A DNA stretch of 64,000 nt from Acidobacteria bacterium UBA6911 (GTDB taxonomy: Bacteria; Acidobacteriota; UBA6911; RPQK01; JAJDTT01): the NCBI GenBank assembly GCA_963579905.1, contig CAUZIZ010000001.1:19056-83055 (forward strand). The letters are read 5' to 3'. The position numbers and the translations under genes were made by a program. Positions 57,037 to 64,000 of the stretch are shown piece by piece. The notes beneath the pieces were generated by a model. The model was not told where the DNA came from. It searched no databases and saw only the letters and a program-made list of their open reading frames with translations. The first letter of the stretch is position 1. Every line of letters starts with the position of its first letter.

Positions 57037-58506
57037 CTACCGGGATTCCGACGGCCAGCGCTCTACTACCACCTTCTTCAGGGTGTAGAAGTCGACTGCA
57101 TCTCGGCCTTGTCCGTGCAGGTCACCGAAAAAGCTGTCCTTCCAGCCACTGAAGGGAAAGGATGCGACCGGGGCGGCGACTCCGATGTTGATCCCAATGT
57201 TGCCCGCCTCTACCTCATAGCGAAATTTCCGAGCAGCCGCCCCGCTTCCGGTGAAGAGACAAGCCATGTTGCCGTATCGTCCGCCGTTCACGAATTCGAT
57301 GGCGTCGTCGACGTGTTCGAAGTGCAGCAGACTCAACACCGGTCCAAAGATCTCCGTGGAGACCAGGCTGTCTTCGGGTTGAACGTCACTGAGGATTGTC
57401 GGTCCCACGAAATAGCCGGCCTCGTAGCCCTGTACTTCGGGATGACGTCCATCGACTGTCAGACTGGCACCGCCACTTGCTCCCTGCTCGATCAGAGCTT
57501 CGATCCGTTCCTTGCTTTCACCCGAAATGACAGGACCCATCTCGACACCGTCGTCCAGACCAAATCCTAGCCGACGGGACCGTGCGACCTCCGTGATAGA
57601 TTTCTGGAAGGGTCTGTGAGCTGCGCCCACCGTTGCGACGATCGAGCCGGCCAGACAGCGTTGGCCGGCACATCCGAATGCGGATTCCCCTACGATCCGG
57701 GAAGTCGCTTCCATATCCGCATCGGGGAGAATAATGAGAGGATTCTTGGCACCTCCCTGGCACTGCACTCGCTTTCCCTGCGTTGCCGCTCGACTGTAGA
57801 CATACCGGGCTACCTGGGTCGAGCCTACGAAACTGATGGCCTGGATCAGGGGATGATCCAGAATCGCATCCACCGTCTCTTTGGAGCCGTTGATGAGCTG
57901 GATAACTCCCTTGGGGAGACCCGTCTGTTCGACTAATTCCAGGATCTTCTGCAGGGTGAGTGGGACTTTTTCGCTGGGCTTGAGAATGATGCAGTTGCCA
58001 CAGGCGATCGCGTAAGGGGTGAACCAGAGAGGAATCATGGCCGGGAAGTTGAAGGGCGTAATGGCAGCCACGACGCCAACCGGCTGGCGGATCATGGTTT
58101 CGTCGATACCCGAGGCGATGTCCTCACTGTTGTAACCCTGAAGCATTGAGGGAATCCCGCAGGCAACTTCGACGTTCTCAATCCCCCGCTGCAGCTCACC
58201 CCTGGCCTCCTGCAGCGTTTTCCCGCATTCCTGGGTAACGGTCCGGGCCACCTCGTCAAAATTCTGCTCTAACAGCTGCTTGAGTTTGAAAAGGTACTGA
58301 ACTCGCTCGGACGGTGGTGTGCGGCGCCAGTCCCGAAAGGCCTGCGCGGCGCAATCGGCCGCTTGTCCCACCTCGGCGGCTGCCGAGAGTGGGACCTTGG
58401 CTATTTCCTCCGTGGTGGCCGGATTTATCACGCTCAGCGTTAAGGCTTCTGGCGACCTCTGCCAGCTGCCATCAATAAAGTTCAAGATCTGTTTGGAATT
58501 ACCCAT
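57037..58506 (-). CDS. mmsA: CoA-acylating methylmalonate-semialdehyde dehydrogenase (ALDH family)
   Basis: N-terminus [18 protein letters not shown], catalytic Cys region [12 protein letters not shown], and no catalytic Glu (typical of MMSDH). The ATG at 58506 has a GGAGG RBS. Confidence 0.85.
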   Translation of the reverse strand: MGNSKQILNFIDGSWQRSPEALTLSVINPATTEEIAKVPLSAAAEVGQAADCAAQAFRDWRRTPPSERVQYLFKLKQLLEQNFDEVARTVTQECGKTLQEARGELQRGIENVEVACGIPSMLQGYNSEDIASGIDETMIRQPVGVVAAITPFNFPAMIPLWFTPYAIACGNCIILKPSEKVPLTLQKILELVEQTGLPKGVIQLINGSKETVDAILDHPLIQAISFVGSTQVARYVYSRAATQGKRVQCQGGAKNPLIILPDADMEATSRIVGESAFGCAGQRCLAGSIVATVGAAHRPFQKSITEVARSRRLGFGLDDGVEMGPVISGESKERIEALIEQGASGGASLTVDGRHPEVQGYEAGYFVGPTILSDVQPEDSLVSTEIFGPVLSLLHFEHVDDAIEFVNGGRYGNMACLFTGSGAAARKFRYEVEAGNIGINIGVAAPVASFPFSGWKDSFFGDLHGQGRDAVDFYTLKKVVVERWPSESR

Positions 58507-58572
58507 CAAACAAAGCCTCCATTCTCCTCGGCGCTTGTTCCAGTGCCATATTATTGCCTTGTCGCTTCCTGT

Positions 58573-59970
58573 TCATTGGACATACTCGAGAGAGCGCAGC
58601 ATTTCAAGCCTTTCCTGCGATAGTGGGGAAGTCTGTTCCTCTCCCTGGCTGGATTGCGCGGCCAGGATCTCCTGCAGCAGTCCCAGACCGGGGGCGTCTG
58701 GTGTAAAGAAGTTCTGCCCATCGAGCCCTTCCCTACCGGTGGACTTGCCCAGGTGGTTTTCGGATCCCTCGGTCTCTCGATAGTGAGTGAGTTTCCAGTC
58801 CTGGCTGAGCAGCGCGATGCCGCGTCGTGTCGGGTTGGACGGATACGTACGGCGTTCCACCAGGCGAGGAGGGGTGGTCTCCAATTTTTCCCCCTCAAAG
58901 GCGGGCAGCAAAGATCGACCGGTGCAACCGGCCGGTGTCTCTAGGCCAAGCAGGGCGGCCAGAGTGGGAACGATGTCGAGTGTCTGGACCGGTTCGCTCA
59001 CCCTGTGGCCACGATCCTGGTGGGGTAGCTTTATCAGAAGGGGAACCTTGATAACCGGCTCCAGCAGGAGTTCCCCATGACCCCAGAACTCCTGTTCTCC
59101 GTGAGCCTGTCCATGGCCTGCCACTATGACGACAAGCAGTCGCTCCCAAATCCCTCGTGTCTTGAGAAATTCGAACAAGCGACCCAGCTGCGCATCCAGG
59201 AAAGCAATTTCGGCGTCGTAGAGGTCGGAGATATGTCGTTGATCCCGGCCAGTCAGTTGGAAGGCGATCTCCTCGCTATTGAGGGAAACCAGCCACTCGG
59301 TGGACAAACTGTTCCCCCAAGGGCCGTCATAGCCGATGACAAACTGCTGGGCAAAGTCGGGCTTGGGATCGTAGGGTTCGTGTGGATCGAAGTAGTGAAG
59401 CCAGAGGGCGAAGGGCTGGTCGCTCCGCTCCGATATCCAAGTCTCTGCTCGACGAGTGACCGCATCGCCCGGCACTTGTGTTGCTCCCATAGACCAACCG
59501 TCTCCAAAAAAGACCTCGTTCAAACCGAGGCCTTGGAGGTACTCCTCGTCCAGGACCTGAGCTGATACTACCGCGGCGTTGGGGATTCCCTGGTCACCCA
59601 GAAGATCAAAGATCGAGACCAGGTCCTGCGCCGGAACCATTCCATTGCGGGTGACCCCATGCTGAGTCGGGGACAGACCAGTGAAGATGGTCAGGTGTGA
59701 AGGAAGTGTCGTAGGCATACTGCAGGTGACGTTCTGAAACAGGGTAGCTGTTTTGGCAAAGGCATCCAGGGCTGGAGAGGTCGGCCGGCTGTAACCGTAG
59801 GCGCCCAAGCGATCGGCACGCAGGGGATCCAGCGTAATGAACAGCAGTGGCCACTGATCCGGGTTGGAGGAGCGAGTGGGAGCGGTTTGGCAGCCTGCCA
59901 GGAGACTGACACCCAAGGCAAATAGATAGACGGGGTTGAGCTCAAACCGTTTCCTCAGATGTGGCCGCAT
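58573..59970 (-). CDS. Sulfatase-fold (alkaline phosphatase superfamily) lipoprotein with a Thr-type nucleophile motif instead of CxPxR
   Basis: Lipobox LLAGC. LLFITLDPLRADRLGAYG metal-binding start. Where sulfatases carry C/SxPxR this protein has TLPSH (TCSMPTTLPSHLTIFTG), which suggests a phospho(di)esterase/transferase rather than a sulfatase. Confidence 0.65.
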   Translation of the reverse strand: MRPHLRKRFELNPVYLFALGVSLLAGCQTAPTRSSNPDQWPLLFITLDPLRADRLGAYGYSRPTSPALDAFAKTATLFQNVTCSMPTTLPSHLTIFTGLSPTQHGVTRNGMVPAQDLVSIFDLLGDQGIPNAAVVSAQVLDEEYLQGLGLNEVFFGDGWSMGATQVPGDAVTRRAETWISERSDQPFALWLHYFDPHEPYDPKPDFAQQFVIGYDGPWGNSLSTEWLVSLNSEEIAFQLTGRDQRHISDLYDAEIAFLDAQLGRLFEFLKTRGIWERLLVVIVAGHGQAHGEQEFWGHGELLLEPVIKVPLLIKLPHQDRGHRVSEPVQTLDIVPTLAALLGLETPAGCTGRSLLPAFEGEKLETTPPRLVERRTYPSNPTRRGIALLSQDWKLTHYRETEGSENHLGKSTGREGLDGQNFFTPDAPGLGLLQEILAAQSSQGEEQTSPLSQERLEMLRSLEYVQ

Positions 59971-60067
59971 GGAGAGCCTGTTGCCAGCCGACGGGGCGAA
60001 GCACGACAAGAATCACGGGAACTATATGTTAACGTAGCGTCTCCCGACAAGGGGTTTCATAGCGTTG

Positions 60068-61084
60068 TCACGGACCCCCAATCTCTGCTCCCTGGGCAGC
60101 GGCCTTACGGAGCAGTAGAAAGTAGAATCCGCAAAGGGCTGTCTGTGTCAGGCTCAGCCAGGCTATGGTCGTGGGCAGGGAGGATGCTCGCTTAATCCCA
60201 ACCGATAGGACCACCACGACGACGACTAGACTGCACACATCATAGAGGAGTTTCAATTCCTGGCGATTGAAAACCAGAACGACTCGACTCAAGGGAACGA
60301 CCACCAATCGTGCCAGCGCCCAGGGAGCCATCAGGCCGGCAAGAACACCGGCCTCCGCCCACGCCGTACCGAAAACCAGCCGGAACAGCTTCTCGCCCAC
60401 AAGTATTAGAACAAGAGAAGGACCGATCCCGATCGCGGACAGGATCAGGGCCTGTCGGGAGGGAGCCCCTCAGGATCTTCCCCCATTTGCTCGCGCCTGG
60501 GCCGCTATGCGACCGTGGAACGTATCGGAAAAGCTGCGGCCGACGAATCCAAGTGGAATCGTCACGACCTGCTGAGCCAGGCTGAAGAAACCGGCAGCTT
60601 CCAGACCATAGCCGTATCCGATGAGTGGGACGGGGAGACTGAGCGCGAGGGTTTCGATCAGGGCTGAGGGAAACAAGATCAGAGGAAATTTTCGGTTGCT
60701 ATGAAGGATCCGTAGCAGACGGTGCCACTTCAGCGGAGTCAACAGCTCGGAGATCGAGGTCGTCAAACGGAACCGAGAAAGCATCTGCGCTACCGAGCTG
60801 AGGTGCCCCACTATCTCCCCAGCGATAAGGGCCAGCCCAACCGGATTCAGCCATCCCAGGACAATTTGGACCAACGACTTGGCGATATTGCGGGCCAGGG
60901 GCTCCGCCGAGATGACCCCGAAGGACTCGCTTCGAATGAACCAGGACCTCCTTGTCCTAGTGCCCGGGCTGCCGGAGGCTGCGGCGATACCGGATAGGGC
61001 ATGACCAGATCTGAGCTGCCACGGAACTACGAGGACAGATATCATCAGCAGAAATGCAAGCAGTAGAGGAAGGACACGGTCTTA
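60068..61084 (-). pseudogene. Wzx/MOP-family flippase-like membrane protein fragment with an in-frame TGA
   Basis: ORF-track pieces 60470..61045 and 60068..60400 are in the same frame, separated by TGA (plus-strand tca at 60470-60472). Multi-TM sequence LIGYGYGLEAAGFFSLAQQ is typical of the Wzx C-terminal half. The N-terminal half is missing (stop at about 61085 and no upstream homolog). Confidence 0.45.
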
Positions 61085-61559
61085 CCGTTGGGCCTGTCCC
61101 AAGTTCGTCCGCCAGGGCGTTCACGCATTCGCCGCTCAGTCCTGGCACTGGTGCCCCTGGGCGCAAGCGTTCTACCAGATGCAGGTCAGCCAAGGGAAAG
61201 ATCATCACGTCGCGGTGCGCTCTTTGGCCTTCAAGTGGCTGCGCATAATCTACCGCTGCTGGAAGAACCGGGTCCCCTACGACGACGCCATTTATGTGGC
61301 TTCTTTGAAGGCGAACAACGCCCCTTTGCTGGCCTTCTTGTAGAGAGCAATCAAGCTGTGGAAAAAACGCAACCAGCTGATTTAGAGGAAAAATAGTGAA
61401 AAAAAGACTTGACTTCAAACCTCAGATGTCTGGGCTAGTCGCAACAACGCCGCCGGCGTAGGGGAGTTTTTTCTTGAATGATCATGGGCCCTCTCGCTTG
61501 CAGTTATGGTCGATGGATTGGTTCTAACATTCTCCATAGGGGAGGAATGATCGTTCGAT

Positions 61560-62495
61560 CTAACCAGGTTTGTCATCCGCGTGGAGTTGACTCGTCGGGG
61601 GGAGTTGATCGTAGGAAAAGCGTATCATCAAGGGTTCGTTATTCCTGCTTCGGTAGAACTCAAGAAGGGCAGGGCTGGACACGAATGTCCAGCCTTTTCC
61701 AGGAATGATCTTCTCGGCGGCGGCGTCAATATCTGCCGGGTTCAGATCCAGACCAACGAACTCAACCAGACTCCGTAGGTGATGCTTTGGCGAGCGGATC
61801 AGATCCTCGAAGCGAAGCGTCAACAGTTGGCGGCTATCGAGCTTACCCACGGCGCCCAAAGCAGACTCGCAGTATCGTTTCCACAAGCCAAAACCTTCCG
61901 GGTGGCTGAATCCACTCAGGCTATTGGCGGAGGGGTGCCGCGACGTCATCGACCTCAGGTAATAGCGAGCACGTCCGAACCAGTTCCGGCTACGAATCCG
62001 CCGTTCTCGACCCACCAGGCTTTCACTCACGTCCACTCCGTTTCGGACGATGAAAACGATCCTGGCTTTCGGAAAGACTCTCAGCCAGAGGGGAAAAGTC
62101 AGACAATTTTGAGAATCCTTCCAGCCCCAGTGACAGGGCTGATCGAAAATACTGCCGTATTTTCGCCAGCGCCGAGCTTCCAGGAATTGCTTGGAGCGTC
62201 GCGAGAGACAGGCCGCCCTCAAGGATTCCATCGTCGTGTGGGACTGCCTGAGTTGATCGATCCGGCGAAGAAAGGGATCGGGGCGATACCAGTTAGCCTC
62301 GGTCTTGAGGCGTAGCTCCTCGTTTAGATCGAGGAAAAAGCGGGATTCTCCCGTCGAGACCAACTGGTCCTCACCCATGAGTATCCCCAATCTAGACAGG
62401 GTGCGTGACAACAGCGTTGTGCCGGAACTGTGCATTCCGAGAACGATGATTGGGTTGGAAACTGGGGTTCTTATTTCAGGTCTTGGCAGGAGCAC
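61560..62495 (-). CDS. Sulfotransferase family protein
   Basis: N-terminal PAPS 5'-phosphosulfate-binding loop IVLGMHSSGTT and a later 3'-PB-like RxxxxS region. 311 aa. Confidence 0.7.
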   Translation of the reverse strand: MLLPRPEIRTPVSNPIIVLGMHSSGTTLLSRTLSRLGILMGEDQLVSTGESRFFLDLNEELRLKTEANWYRPDPFLRRIDQLRQSHTTMESLRAACLSRRSKQFLEARRWRKYGSIFDQPCHWGWKDSQNCLTFPLWLRVFPKARIVFIVRNGVDVSESLVGRERRIRSRNWFGRARYYLRSMTSRHPSANSLSGFSHPEGFGLWKRYCESALGAVGKLDSRQLLTLRFEDLIRSPKHHLRSLVEFVGLDLNPADIDAAAEKIIPGKGWTFVSSPALLEFYRSRNNEPLMIRFSYDQLPPTSQLHADDKPG

Positions 62496-62653
62496 TGATC
62501 ATTGGGCCGGTTGGGCTAAAGGAGTGGCATTGGAATCGAGCCGACTATGGTATCTCTGATGGAGTTGCTCCAGCTGAGTTTCAAGCCCTCGGAAGTGCCC
62601 GGTGAATTCGGGTTCGTGCGCTTTTTGAGTAGAGGTTCCATTGAAATGGGCTC

Positions 62654-63452
62654 TCAGGGCCGCATAAGGATCTCCGAGCTGACTCGCCGTTCCCGTGCTC
62701 TGTACCTGACCATCCCCACCTCTCGAAGACTCACGAACTGTCTCGACTTCGCCCTGAAGTAGATGTGCCTTCCGAGTGTTCCTCTGAGAAGTCGCTCCAG
62801 AGTTCCAGGTAGACTGGAACTTTTCCTCTGAACAGAAACGCTGATTTCCCCCAGGTGAGTGAGTGCAGGCGCCGTTGCCAACTCTAGAGATCTGCCCCTG
62901 TTGTCGAGGAGTATGTTGGCCAGTGTTCCCGTGTCATATACCGCCTTGACCTGTTTCCTTCGAGTGAGCTCTTTCTGGACCGTTTTGGGGATCTCTCGCC
63001 AGTAATAACTCCTCAAGTCGATGCCCAACTCGGCCACCAGTTCATTCAGCATCCGATTGTCATAGGCTGCGAAGTGAGTAGTTCCTATGCAGGTGCCACC
63101 GGCCAGTGTGCTGTAGACTCCTGAATCCCACATTTGCCAGGATGGCATTTCAGTTTCTTCGCAGTAGCCCAAGGTTGATGGGCTGGAGAAGACCGCGTCA
63201 GCCGCTGGCAAGGCTTTGGATAAAGTCGGACAGAAACTCCCCAGTGGCGAAGACGTCGGAATCCAGAAAAGTGAAGTAGCGGGCTCTTTCCTGACGCTGA
63301 AGGATTGTCAGTGTCTCACCGTGACTCAGCACTCGGTCGGACTGAAGCGTGAGAAACTCGAGGCGCTCATCAGAATCTGCTACTTCCAGATCCGATTGAG
63401 GGTGTGCTCTTCGCCCGCCGAGCATCCGTTGGAAACCAGTCGAAACCGACAC
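62654..63452 (-). pseudogene. GT-A fold glycosyltransferase fragment, frameshifted and 5'-truncated
   Basis: 63198..63452 carries YFTFLDSDVF (DxD) and 62654..63211 continues in another frame. No SxxxPxxN-type N-terminal segment upstream. Confidence 0.45.
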
Positions 63453-63866
63453 TCGTCCACTCGTCGCTCCACTCGACCAAGCTGAACGGGAAAGAAGAGA
63501 GGTAGGGAACGGTGCCAGGGATATAGGCTATGTTGATTCGCAGTTCCGAAAGATCTAAATTGTGATGTCCCTTCCCCCATGCCCCGACAACGAATTCGCG
63601 AGTCCTCAGACCCTACTTATGGACCAAAGTTTTAGCGGAAACGGCACCATTATCCCACAGAAGACGCCAGTGTTGAACTGCGGATGTGATAGTCGGTGTG
63701 TTTGGCGATTGGAAACAGATTGCATCCAAGCGTTGCCGTAGGGACGATTTGAGGAAGCCTCGACCGCAGTCCGAGCGCTGTAGAGGACCTCTACAGCTTT
63801 TCCGTGGTCACGTCGTTTCTGGTTTTCTCAGAGGTTTCGGGTACGATAGGTGCAAGGAGATTTAGA

Positions 63867-64000
63867 TGACGGGTCTTATCATTGTCGTTGTTTTAACCCT
63901 GTCCATTTCGGCCATGTGTTCCCTCTTTGAGGCAACGCTGTACTCTACCCGAGTAGCCTCGTTGGAGGCGGTGCGCTCCTCCAGGAAGCGGCGCTCACAG
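63867..64000 (+). CDS. CNNM/CorC-HlyC (DUF21) family membrane protein, 5' partial at the window edge
   Basis: MTGLIIVVVLTLSISAMCSLFEATLYS resembles the DUF21 start (LSAFFSGSETAL). The ORF runs off the end of the window. Confidence 0.5.

Noticed and set aside
49413-61084. Alternative genetic code or programmed readthrough to explain in-frame TAG/TAA/TGA
   Set aside because: TGA, TAG and TAA each terminate clearly intact genes in this same window (for example gatA ends TGA, AKR ends TAG). The affected genes also carry frameshifts or truncations, so decay or sequence error is more likely.
1-64000. Structured housekeeping RNAs (tmRNA, RNase P, SRP, 6S) and riboswitches upstream of ribF/gltX
   Set aside because: Scanning for the hallmark motifs (tmRNA GGGGCUG…UCCACCA, RNase P AGGAAAGUCCGGGCUCC, SRP GGAAGCAGCC) found only the tRNA-Leu. 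No FMN riboswitch-like conserved stem was seen before ribF. Covariance-model searches were not possible.

Overview
This is a high-GC bacterial chromosomal segment. The gene content looks like Planctomycetota or Verrucomicrobiota: several CxPxR sulfatases, a PSCyt/PSD1 + DUF1501 pair, Tat-signal Gfo/Idh/MocA oxidoreductases and GHL10-like proteins. Positions 1-13.3 kb are housekeeping (DUF1844-like protein, MBL hydrolase, ribF, gatC-gatA, aldo/keto reductase, a DUF1611-argC-argD-argB operon, rsmI, a GT2 glycosyltransferase, gltX). Positions 14-41 kb carry an accessory, carbohydrate and sulfated-glycan oriented set: amidohydrolases, SDR, transaldolase, an LtaS-like membrane phosphotransferase + SGNH hydrolase + secreted beta-propeller hydrolase, a DapA-family aldolase, dehydrogenases, an M23 peptidase, PSCyt2/PSD1 + DUF1501, sulfatases, a ceramidase-like hydrolase and a PhyH dioxygenase. 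Positions 41.9-63.5 kb are strikingly rich in disrupted genes. Three sodium:solute symporter (SSF) paralogs are all broken: one by a 10-bp tandem duplication, one 5'-truncated, one by two in-frame stops. Also disrupted are a second PhyH, a pirin (frameshift + in-frame TGA + TAG), a Wzx-like flippase (in-frame TGA), a GT-A fragment and a GHL10 paralog. Intact genes are interleaved: OsmC, two BNR/sialidase-like lipoproteins, tRNA-Leu(CAG), MmsA, a Thr-type sulfatase-fold enzyme and a sulfotransferase. I found no CRISPR array, integron or prophage. What the ORF track does not explain is two interspersed noncoding repeat families. The first is a MITE-like element with about 23-bp terminal inverted repeats (4 copies), which twice supplies the stop codon of the adjacent gene and once sits inside the arg operon. 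The second is a modular, mosaic REP-like family at 6 loci, including an 850-bp tandem array between gltX and an amidohydrolase. All function calls rest on motif recognition by eye; no database search was possible.
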